Source: Octopus sinensis (Eukaryota). Taken from it: a stretch of DNA of 64,000 bases. How positions within the stretch are numbered: position 1 is the stretch's first letter; each line of letters opens with the position of its first letter. The notes beneath the pieces were generated by a model, which saw only the letters and a list, made by a program, of their open reading frames with translations, did not search any database and was not told where the DNA came from. Shown here piece by piece: positions 27,334-38,460 of the stretch. Where the stretch lies: contig NC_043007.1 of the NCBI RefSeq assembly GCF_006345805.1, forward strand, positions 19,282,001 through 19,346,000. The letters are read 5' to 3'. The position numbers and the translations under genes are program-made.

Positions 27334-29382
27334 CTGCACAAAGGTCAATAAATACAGCCTAATTAACAAGAGTCTGTGTGCGTGTGTATGGGGCGGGAGG
27401 GTGTAATTTTGTGTAATATACATATACATCATCATCATTAACATCATTGTTTTAATGTCCACTTTCCCATGGGTCAGCTGGAGTATTTTTAAGCAAATTT
27501 TCTATGGCTGAATACCCTTCTTGTTGCCTATCCTCACCTGTTTCCAAGCCAGGTAATATTTTTCCATGACCGGTCATGTTTTTCACAGAATCTTGGAAAT
27601 GAATTACGCTGCTTGTATGACAGTGACACTCGTTTACGACTATCGTGCAATGTCAAGACAAGAAGACGTAAACATACACACACACACACATACACACACG
27701 CACACATGCAAACACACACACAGTGGGCTTCTTTCAGTTTCCACCTTCCAAAGCTACTCAAGGCTTTGGTTGATCCAAAGTTATAGTAGAAGACACTTGC
27801 CAAAGGTTCCATGTAGTGGGACTGAACCCAAGACCATGTGGTTGGGAACATATCATCATCATCATCATTTAACGTCCATTTCCATACTGGCATCACTTGG
27901 ACAGTTTGACCAGGTCTGGCAAGCTGGAGGGCTGCACTCGACCCCAGTCTGATTTGGCATGGTTTTCTACAGCTTGATGCCCTTCCTAATGCCAGCCACT
28001 TCGTGAGTGTAATGGGTGCTTTTAGGTGCCACCAGCATGGGTGCCATTTGCACAACACCTGTATCTGCCACGACTGCAATTTTGCTCGGCTTGATGGGTC
28101 TTCTTCTCAAGCACAACATAATGCCAAGGGTCTTGGTCATTGCCTCCGTGAGGCCCAACACTTGAAAGGAACTCAGTAAGTAAGTATATATATATATATA
28201 TATTAGTATGTAACATGAAAGTCAATGAGAAAATTGGTTTCATGCTAAGGCAAGAATTCCAGGAAAGCAAAATAAGGGACACCTATATACACACACACAC
28301 AATCATCATCATCATCATCATCATCATCATTCAAGTTACATTTTCCATGCTGGCATAGGTTAGATGGTTTAACTGGGAGCTGGTAATACCAGGGGCCTCA
28401 CCATTGTCTGTTCTGATATGGTTTCTATGGCTGGATTCCCTCCCTAATGCCAGTTGCGCCACAGAATGGACTGGGTGCTTTGTATGTGGTACCATCACAA
28501 GTGCTTCTAACATGGCACCAACATGAGTACTTTTACATATGTGTTTATATCGCTGCTATTATGTAAAAGTGTCGTAAGTCCAAAACGTTGCTTTTTCAGA
28601 AATCAAAAAAATAGTTTCACCATTCCATAGCAAAACCGTTGTACTACACCTTGAGAATTTTTGATATTTTGGCATCTGAAACGGTATGAGATACAATAGT
28701 TTGACCAAAAGAACCAGCTACTGCATGCAAAAATTGATGTTGAAATAAAAATATTTGTGTGAATTTGGACATACGACAGTTTAACAAATAGCAACGATAA
28801 ATATATATGTTTAATATTTCGTTTTTGGATTTGGTTTGCAAGATTCTTTATATGAGTTCATGTGTTGATGCATATTCTGTTGTGTCTGGGGAGAGTCATT
28901 TTGTTTTTGTGCCTTATAATGTAACACACTCACCGGTAAAATTTCCACTTATTTCTTATTTTTATTTTTCTAAAATTTTCGTTGTGTCTTGCAACCTTTT
29001 CAATAGTTTTGACTATCTGTTTATACACAGAGTCAAAACTATTGAGAAGGTTGCAAGACACGATGAAAATTTTAGGAAAATAAGAAATAAGTGGAAATTT
29101 TACCGGTGAGTGTGTTACATTATAAGGCACCAAAAGAGAATGACTTTCCCCAGACACAACAGAAAATGTTTAATTATTTAGGAATATCATTTCGTATATA
29201 GTGAAGCTTTGATTTAACAGACAAACAAGAAGTGTTTGTTAATCTTGGAAGTTCATCACATCAGATGTAATCTAGAGACTCTTTCTTTCTCTCTGTCTCT
29301 CTCTCTCCTTATGTTCTCATTCACACACAGTTACATTCACAAATATTATGAGGAAGAATAATTTCCTCAGAGCTCGTCTTAC

Positions 29383-29449
29383 CTTTGATTTTTGAGCAGC
29401 TATCAGTGCTTGGAGTTTATCTTCCTTACTGTTTAAGGTGGTATCGTCA
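29383..29449 (-). CDS. PLCB4: PLC-beta distal CTD exon: (N)DDTTLNSKEDKLQALIAAQKSK
   Basis: cgttacag|T, AAG|gtaaga; 67 nt, phases fit both neighbours; aligns with PLCB4 KIQTLTTDHKSK as I recall it. Confidence 0.85.
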
Positions 29450-30491
29450 CTGTAACGGCAGACAAAATCACAAAGTCAGAGAGAACAAACAACAGGGCCT
29501 TCAGAACTTCATTAACCAACTTTAAAATCTCATTTAGCTTTCCTTTACCACCACAAGATTTTAGTTTTCTTCAACCACATAAATGTCACCTGTCTAAGGT
29601 AAGGGTGAGGGTTTGACAGAAAAGTCATAGCCATCAACTCTTAATTTCTTTTTAAATAAAAGCCCTACCTTTTTTTTTTTAATCAAAGCATCACCCAGTC
29701 ATGCTGATTGCCCAGGTCAGCCTGACTACCTCTCTCCATCCCTCCCAATCTCCCATTAGGGTTTTTAGGCCCTCAACTTGGCATCCAACATCTTCTGCAG
29801 CATCTTCAAGCTGTTATATATACATCTTCTGTAGTCTTACACACACACACACACACATACACGCACACACAGGCATATTTGATGAGCTTCTTTCAGTTTC
29901 CATCCACCAAATCCACTCACAAGACACTTGCCCAAGTTGCAACACAGTGGGATTGAACCTGGATCTATGTGGTTGGGAAGCAAACTTCTTACCACACAGC
30001 CACATCATCATCATCATCATCGTTTAACGTCCGTTTTTCCATGCTAGCATGGGTTGGACGGTTCGACCGGGATCTGGAAAGTCAAGGGGCTGCACCAGTC
30101 TCCAGTCTGACCTGGCAGTGTTTCTACAGCTGGTTGCCATTCCTAACGCCAACCACTCTGTGAGTGTAGTGGGTGCTTTTTACGTGTCACCAGCACAGGG
30201 GCCAGAGGAAGCTAGCAAACAGCCATGATTGGTTGGTGCTTTATACATGTCACCGACACAGATGCCACTGGCATTGGCCACAAGGTGGCGCTGGCATTGG
30301 CCACAAGGTGGCGCTGGTATTGGCCACATTCGGATGGTGCTTTTTACGTGCCACTGGCACAGGTATCACAACTACGTACAATTAAAATAAATAAAATATA
30401 AACGAAAGAGGAAGAAAAGAAAATCGATGCAGAAGATAATTATTGGTAGAGAAATGGTAAATGAAATGAGAAAATAATGACAAATGCTCAC

Positions 30492-30720
30492 TTTTTCTTC
30501 TTTAACTTCTCCCATGATTTCTCCATGGCTGCCTTCTCTTTCTCATGGAGTGCCGTCATTTTCTCGACAGAGGTACATTGCTGTTTGGACATCACACATT
30601 TTTCTTTCTGGTGTTTCTTCTTCATTATCTCCACCTCTCTCTGCTGTTTCTTTATCAAACGGACGTAGACTTTCTCCTGCATCAGACTCTCACGTGTTAT
30701 CTTGTCAAACTGAAGCTCCT
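30492..30720 (-). CDS. PLCB4: PLC-beta distal CTD exon: EELQFDKITRESLMQEKVYVRLIKKQQREVEIMKKKHQKE...MEKSWEKLKKK
   Basis: tttacag|AG, AAAA|gtgagc; 229 nt; KKQQxE..KKKH.KE coiled-coil motif. Confidence 0.93.
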
Positions 30721-30984
30721 CTGTAAATATGAGAAACACAGGTTTTCAAGGATTGTTTATAGTTGACTTCTTATTTCTAGTATGTTAAACGACCACACAT
30801 TTGTTTAAAAACTATCTGATTGCTGAGCAAGGCTGCTAAATTGTAAGTTAGTAAGTCAAAGTTGCTAGTAAGGCAATACCCCCCCAGGTACCAATTAAAA
30901 TAATGTGTTGAGCAAAGCTCCAAAATTGCAATGAAAGAAACAAATTTGCACAGGTCTACGAGTTTTCATACTGACTGAATTTAT

Positions 30985-31935
30985 TCCTTTTGTTACCATA
31001 TTTCTGTTATTTCTAGCATATATGGTGACCACATTGAGGTCTCCTTTTATGTCTTCTGCTGATTATTTTTCTTCTTAACCCTTTTGTTACCATATTTCTG
31101 TTGGGATGTTCTGAGTTTCTTTCAATTATTTTTAATATAATAAAGAATTTAATAAAGTAACTTAGTTATCATTCAGCTAGTGTTAGGAACATAAACTGTG
31201 ACTAAGGTTTGGAGGAAGATTTTAATTCAAAACTTATGAAAACAAGACATTTGTACTATAGAGCCAGAGGCAGTTTGAACCAGGTTGGTATTGAAAGGGT
31301 TAAACACACCTCTATATTTGGACAGATGCACATTAGAAGCAATTGGAAGGGTAGGGATTGAAGGAAATTTAGGCTATCATTTCTAGTATATAGAGGGACC
31401 ACATGGAGGTCTCCTTCTCTCATGTCTTCTTCTTCATATTTTTCTTCTTAACCCTTTTGTTACCGTTTTTCTGTTGAGATGCTCTGTGTTTCTTTCAATT
31501 AATTTTAAATAAAAGAAAGAATTTAGTAAAATAATTTCGTTATCATTAAGCTAGTGTTAGGAACATAAATTGTGATTAAGGTTTGGTGGACGATTTTAAT
31601 TCAGAACTTTTGAAAAAGAGACATTCGTACTACAGAACCAGAAACGGTTTCAGCCAGGTTGGTATTGAAAGGGTTAAACACAATTCTACATTTAGGCAGA
31701 TGTACATTAGAAGCAGTTGCAAGGGTTGGGATTGAGGGAAATATAGGCTATTATTTCTAGCATATAGAGTGACCACATTGAGGTCTCCTTCTCTCATGTC
31801 TTCTGCTGATTAATTTCCTTCTTCACCTTTTCCATTAATCTTAAATATAAATCTAATTCAGAACTTTTGAGAACAAGACATAGTACCACAGAGCGAGAGG
31901 CAGTTCCAGCTGGGTCGGTATCAAAAGGGTTAAAC
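30985..31935. repeat. About 370-bp tandem duplication (roughly 2.3 copies), each carrying a ttaaccctttt...aaagggttaa piggyBac-type MITE
   Basis: ttctag.atata..g.gaccacat.gaggtctcctt recurs near 31012, 31381 and 31756. Confidence 0.8.
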
Positions 31936-31993
31936 TGCAACAACAAATATAAAAACAAACTAAAAAAGCAAGAAAACAGAGGAAAATACCGAC

Positions 31994-32257
31994 CCTCTTT
32001 TTTGGCAGGTGGAGGTTGTGATGATGATGTCATCTGTTTGGACTGTTTAGGAATTTCCTTCACTTGGTCTTTGGAAGGGCCGTTTGGTGTCTGAGGAGTT
32101 GGTTTGACATTTTCATTCTGGGTAGATTTATTTTTCTCTTTTGCCACAGGTACATCCCCGATATCATTTTCATCGATCCCCATCCCGAGCATCAGTTGCT
32201 CTCTCTTGTCTGCCATGGATTGAAACTGGATTGGTGCTGACACGGCAGACACAAAAT
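31994..32257 (-). CDS. PLCB4: PLC-beta proximal CTD and linker exon: (D)FVSAVSAPIQFQSMADKREQLMLGMGIDENDIGDVP...SSSQPPPAKKE
   Basis: ctcaacag|AT acceptor; donor G|gtcggt chosen because it alone matches the phase-1 start of the next exon; 264 nt; within ORF 31794..32315. Confidence 0.88.
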
Positions 32258-32814
32258 CTGTTGAGTAAAAAAAAAAAAAAATTGGCATGGATGTGTTAGC
32301 TTCTTCATCAGACAAACATGGCCTATATTAGCCATGAAATAGAAAATTACAGCAGAGGAGGGAGAAGAGGATTAGCTTCTAGAAGACTTAATAGATTTTA
32401 ATAAAGAATGAAAACATATTTAGTGCGGATTAGAAGCAAGGTGATATCATCATCATCATCATTGCTTAACGTCCGTTTTCCATGCTAGCATGGGTTGGAC
32501 AGTTTGATCGGGGCCTGGGAAGCCAGGCAGCTGCACCAGGCTCCAGTCTGATCTGGCAGTGTTTCTACAGCTGCCCTTCTTAATGCCAACCACTCCGTGA
32601 GTGTAGTGGGTGTTTATTACGTGTCACCGGCACAAGGGCCAGAGGAGGCTGGCAAACAGCCACAATCGGTTGGTGCTTTTTACGTGTCACCAACATGGAC
32701 GCCAGTCAGGTGGTGCTGGAATCTGCCATGTTCAGACGGTGCTTTTTACATGTCAGCAGGGACAAATCTGGCTACAAAATACATTTGTGTTTTGGCATTG
32801 TTAACGATTTTAGT

Positions 32815-33200
32815 GTAAACCTTAAGGTCATCTTACAAAGAAATTATGGGTTACATTAATATCTCTTGCAGTTGCAAACCCTAGCATGTAGTCATTTGGT
32901 TTTTTATAGCAGGAATGATTAATGGGTTTAATACCAAAATGAAAAGAAGTACAGAGAGACTATCTCCTTGGAATATTCCCTTTGAAATCTTTATGGCATT
33001 GGAGACGGTTATACAATTTTAGAGATGTGCTTTGTCCAGTGCAAATCGCTGCTGACAGTAACGCCCAGGTCACGTTCACAAGAAGACTTCTTGATATTAG
33101 TGCTGTGGAGAGAGTATGTGGATGTTGGGCTTTTCCTCCCAAAATGCATGGCGGTACACTTGTCCAGTCCGAATTCAGTCAAGTTTTGCTCCAGGCAGGC
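32815..33200 (-). mobile_element. Abutting degenerate LINE RT fragments (CR1-like, then R4/Dong-like)
   Basis: KCTAMHFGRK...ERDLGVTVSSDLHWTKHISKIV (CR1-type) followed after a frameshift by IKISKGIFQGDSLSVLLFILVLNPL...DDLKVY. Confidence 0.6.
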
Positions 33201-33242
33201 TGGTATCTGCTCTGTTGCACCAATAATAATAAAATAATAATA

Positions 33243-33545
33243 GTGGAGGCACATGGCCTAATGGTTAGAGCAGCGGACTCGCGGTCGAGGGATCGTGGGT
33301 TTGAATCTCAGACCGGACGATGTGTGTGTTTATGAGCGACACACCTAACCTCCACGCAGCTCCGGCAGAAGGTAATGGTGAAACTTCTGCTGACTATTTT
33401 GCCACAACTTTCTCTCACTCTTTCCTCCTACATCTTGCAGCTCACCTGCGACAGACCAGTGTCCTGTCCAAGTGGGGAACCTATACACCAAGAAACCAGG
33501 ACACCGGCCCGTATGACCCAGGCATGGCTCGAGAAGGAACAAACA
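33243..33545 (+). mobile_element. tRNA-derived SINE family 3
   Basis: Head ggcacatggcctaatggttagagc...gggtttgaatc (A/B boxes); related copies at 26700-27000(-) and 60720-61070(-). Confidence 0.75.
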
Positions 33546-33613
33546 ACAACAATAATAATAATAGCCAAAAAAAGAAGAAAGGAAGAAATAGGATAAAAAT
33601 GTTGATAAATTAC

Positions 33614-33718
33614 CTTCAAAGCCTTCTGGGACATAGGTCTTCAGGATGATTCGACAGAAAACTGTCGGTAATGATAGGGGGAAATTGCCTTCTGTTCGTA
33701 GTGATATATGCCGATAGC
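33614..33718 (-). CDS. PLCB4: PLC-beta exon, end of C2: (G)[34 protein letters not shown]
   Basis: ccactcag|GC, GAAG|gtaatt; 105 nt; GYRHISLR is a PLC-beta hallmark. Confidence 0.96.
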
Positions 33719-34054
33719 CTGAGTGGATGAGAAGAAGGAAAGAAAATACTTTTTAATAAACTGTCATCAGGTTAATTGGGGCCACAAAGTGTGGGGGGTT
33801 GTTTGGATATGATCCAGCAGATCTATAATCAAAGGTGTACCAACCATAGACCTCTCTTTCTGAAGGGATTTTGAGGGAGATTTGGCTGCTGTGCTCAGCA
33901 GGTCAACCTACAGAATAGAAGGTTCTTTATTGGTTGAAAGGGCATACACGATATTGTAGCCCTGGGTACACTTGTTCACCCCACTTATAAAAAATAAAAT
34001 CAGACCCTGGCCGACACTGACCTTCCCACCAAAGATCCAATGAAGTCCACTTAC

Positions 34055-34154
34055 CAGCTTGTAATCCGTCCAATGGCAGGATCCGCTGACCGATCAGTTT
34101 ACCAGTGTCTTCATACACAGCAATCCGAAGAACTGCCAGATCAGGTAGCACTAC
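34055..34154 (-). CDS. PLCB4: PLC-beta C2 exon: [33 protein letters not shown](G)
   Basis: cttgcag|GTA, GCTG|gtaagt; 100 nt; embedded in supplied ORF 33927..34346. Confidence 0.97.
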
Positions 34155-34490
34155 CTGCAAGACAAAAACCAAATAGCAATCAGCAAAGTTCTGAAACAGT
34201 AAACTTTTGTGCGTGTGTGGGGGGAGTGTATATGAACACACATGCACACACACGTGCAATGTATACATTGCACGTGTGTGTGTATGTAGGTATGTGTATG
34301 TGTGCAGTTGCATTATACATAGGTGCAGGAGTATATTGTTGTTCAATGCTCAAATGAGGAGTAGATAGACAGCTGACAACTGATGAAGGGTCGTTCTTTA
34401 TGTTACTTGTCCTGTACCCGTATATGCATGTGTATGTACACATGCTTACATACATGCATACATATATATATATCTATATGTATATATGTA

Positions 34491-34532
<42 letters not shown>

Positions 34533-34925
34533 ATATATATATATGTATGTATATCACCATCACTTGAAAACTGGTGTTGGTGTGTTTATGTCCCCATAAC
34601 CTAGTGGTTCAGCAAAAGAGACCAACAGAATAAGTACCAAGATTTAAAAACTGGAGTACTGAGGTTGATTCATTTGACTAAAAATTCTTCGAAAGGCACT
34701 GCCCCAGCATGGCCACAACATAATGACGGAAACAAAACAAGATAAAAACAAAACATCTTTACTTATTCCAATCAATTGGCAGAGGCCATACTGGGGCACA
34801 GCAATATACCTGACAAGGTAAACATCAAACAGTTCATTCCCAATCTAAAAATTTACCTCTCTTACATCTCATCCACCAAGAAGAAAATAAGAACAAAAAT
34901 AAAGAAAGTAAAAAGGACATCATAC

Positions 34926-35090
34926 CTTTCTGAAGACAAAAGGCTCATCATTATAGATTGGATTGAGACCATTATTTGGTACTACTTTGGTGCGAAATTC
35001 CTTACGAATGGTGTCAGTTGGTAGACCATACATATCCACCTCAACGCATGTTCCAATTTTTTTATCAGATAAAAACTGACCAGAGATTAC
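34926..35090 (-). CDS. PLCB4: PLC-beta C2 exon: [55 protein letters not shown]
   Basis: ttacag|GTA, AAG|gtatga; 165 nt = 55 codons. Confidence 0.97.
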
Positions 35091-35196
35091 CTGTAATTAG
35101 AAATGAGACAATTAAAATGATAATAGCATTTATTGGAACTACATTATTCATATAAATACGCACGCACGCACACACACACATGTATATATATATATA

Positions 35197-35718
35197 CCGT
35201 AAATCCTCGAGTATAGTCCGTCCTTGAGTCTAATACGCAGGGGATTTTTAGGGGGCTGTACCTCTGGAAAACCGAAACCTTGTGTATGATACGCACCCCT
35301 TCTCTAACTTGAGTCGTGCGTAATTAAGCCAGCAGCACCTAGTCGAACAAACACTTCCGTGCATGCGTAATACAATAATGGTGATGTTCTTAACTGTTAT
35401 ATGGGAATGTAAATATGTTTGCAAATTGTTTTTGTTACATGTTATTCTGTGTTCTGAATACTTTTATTATAATAAATGTTGCTTGCTGCAAGTTATGGAT
35501 GATTCTTTTATGACTTCATTGCTTTCAGGCTTAGCTTAAAGTATTTTCGCGCCCGACATCACAAAATGCGTCTGAATAAACATTGCCGGACAGCAAATAG
35601 AGACTGGGACATTGCTTAGAAAATATTTTTCATTTTTAACCTCTTATATAGTATGCACTAGGGATTTTGAGCTTTAAATTTTTGGAAAAAAATGCGGATT
35701 ATACTCCAGGATTTACAG
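35197..35718. mobile_element. Tc1/pogo-type MITE
   Basis: TIRs ccgtaaatcctcgagtata / tatactccaggatttacag flanked by TA on both sides. Confidence 0.8.
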
Positions 35719-35754
35719 TAATAATATAAATTACATAACAATTTAATAATGTAT

Positions 35755-35995
35755 TTAACTCTTTTGGTCCAGCTGGAATCTTTTTGTACCAGTCAAAAAT
35801 GTTACAACCCAAATCTTTAAAATTCCCATTCTATGTGATGCAGTATAGTACCATTCTGGTTTTTCTGGTAAGTATGTAGTACTAGACATAGGATTGAAGA
35901 GCATGACACCATAATGGCAGCTCAAAAGGCTCACATGCGTACAAACCCCTTACCATTACCGACTTGTGAAAAATTTCCAGGTTGAAAGGGTTAAT
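35755..35995. mobile_element. piggyBac-type MITE
   Basis: ttaactctttt ... gaaagggttaa termini. Confidence 0.5.
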
Positions 35996-37137
35996 ATAGT
36001 GTAGGTTATTTGATAGCCTAAAAGATACATGGGCATATTAAACACATGCCAATTTCAGCAACATTTTTTTAGTGCATTAAAGCTTATGGGAGACCCAGTT
36101 TTGCATGTAGCACTTTGAGTGATATTTCTGGGGAGCTGGCAGAAATGTTAGCGTGCTGGGCAAAATACTTAGTGCTATTTCATCTGTCGTTATGTTCTGA
36201 GTTCAAATTCTGCCGAGGTTGACTTTGCCTTTCATCCTTTTGGGGTCGATAAAATAAGTACCAGTGATACAGTGGGGTCGATGTGATCGACTAGTACCCT
36301 CCCCACAAATGTGAGGCCTTGTACCTAAACTAGAAAGCATTTCTGAAGTATTATTTTGGAAAACATGAGTTTCATATGTCATGAAACAAAGTTGCCATCA
36401 CCATCATTTAACATCTGTTTTCCATGGGTTGGATGGTTTGACAAGAGTTGGCATGCCAGAGAGCTGCACCAGGTTTTAATTAATTGTCTGTTTTGGCTGG
36501 ATGCCCTTCCTAATGTCAACTGCTAGGTGCATTTTATATGGCACCAGTATGGCAGCGTTTTACATGGCATCAGTATGGTAGCTTTTTACATGATATAATT
36601 ATGTGCATAATATTCAATAGTGACTGAATTCTTATCTAATTACATATATATGATGTGATGATTTACATATTTATTCTTGACTCATTTTGGCAAATTCAAG
36701 CACAAATATGCTAGTTGCTGTTGTGCATGTCACAAGAGAACAATTTCTCTCTTTTATGATGACAGTGTGTTCATAACATACTGGGCTCATTGGTGCAAAG
36801 GATTCTGGGACACTGGTATTTCAGCATGAGACTTGTCAGCCAGAAACACCTGGATGTTTGACCTTACAGATGTCACTGCTTTGTTTATAGTTTCAGTGAA
36901 GAAAGCTGTTTTTCTGATCAGTGGTGATATCTACCAACAGATAAAAATCTCTATTTGCACTCTGTACAATAAGATCTGAAAATGATAAACTGTAAGCTTA
37001 ATCTTGATCTACTCCAGTTGATTAAAATATGATACCAGAAAACATGGATGAACAAATAATATCCAAATGTTTAGAGTAAATATTTTAGGGATTATCTGGA
37101 CAAGGGATTATCTGGACAAACTGTAAAGTGAACTTAC

Positions 37138-37240
37138 CTCAACTGAACAATGTCCGGCAATGACGCCATCTACAGGGCTTTCTGAAAATGGGTCAAATGT
37201 CCGGTCTGGCCTCCTCATGAAGTCAGGTTTCAGCAGGTAT
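37138..37240 (-). CDS. PLCB4: PLC-beta exon, end of Y box and start of C2: [34 protein letters not shown]
   Basis: cccttag|A, GAG|gtaagt; 103 nt. Confidence 0.97.
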
Positions 37241-37344
37241 CTAAGGGAAGCAGGAGCCATCAGAGGAGAAGAGGAAGACACAAAAAGAAATAAAAAATGT
37301 TAAACATCAACTTTATTTTTGCTCTTCTTTTTCTTTCCTAATAT

Positions 37345-37379
<35 letters not shown>

Positions 37380-38316
37380 AAGGGAAGCTTTTCTTTTAAA
37401 CATATTCAAATTACAACAGCATTTAAGTTTGATCATTTTCATTATACGTCTTTCATATTTCATTATTAGCTTCGTATAGGACAGTGTTTCTTCTAAATCC
37501 ATTTAAAACTTGTACCAGAATCTCATCATAAAGACTTCATGGAAATGTGAAAAATCCTTAATAAAAATGATCAAACTTGAAATATAGCAGTGTTTTTAAT
37601 ATAACACATTTTAGCATGGAAAAAAAAGACATTAAAATGAACCAGTACATGAAAACACACACTTTAATGTAAAGAATAAGCACAAACAATAAAACTATGT
37701 AACAGAACAATAAACAATTTAGCCTTCATCAGCTACCTAGCTAAGGATTCTGATAGTTTTAGTGTCTTGAGATAGGACTGTTACATAAATGGTATTAACA
37801 AACCACTGAGTATAATTGTTAAGTAATTAAAAAGATGAAACACAAAAATGAGTTAATCACATATTTCGTTTTTGTAAGTGGTTTGCAAGATTCTTTATGT
37901 GAATTTGTGTGTTGAAGCATATTTTATTAACTAGGTATTGCTTAGTGTTAATAATATATATATATATTTCTTTACTACCCGCAAGGGGCTAAACATAGAG
38001 GGGACAAACAAGGACAGACAAATGGATTAAGTCGATTACATCAATCCCAGTGCGAAACTGGTACTTTATTTATCGACCCCGAAAGGATGAAAGGCAAAGT
38101 CGACCTCGGTGGAATTTGAACTCAGAACGTAACGACAGACAAAATACCGCTAAGCATTTCGCCCAGCACGCTAACGTTTCTGCCAGCTCATATATATATA
38201 ATTACAATTATATATGATATAAATATATATGTACATACAATACCATAGACTTTAAGAATTTAAGACTAAAGTAAATTATAATTAAAATGATAAGAATTAT
38301 TAAAATTATCAGCTTA

Positions 38317-38460
<144 letters not shown>

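Noticed and set aside
31988-31993. Alternative donor CG|gtattt 4 nt downstream of the chosen donor
   Set aside because: It would give phase 2 and frameshift the next (phase 1) exon.
33243-33320. tRNA-like sequences with A and B boxes (also the heads of other SINEs)
   Set aside because: They continue into SINE bodies and lack a clean cloverleaf; SINE heads, not tRNA genes.
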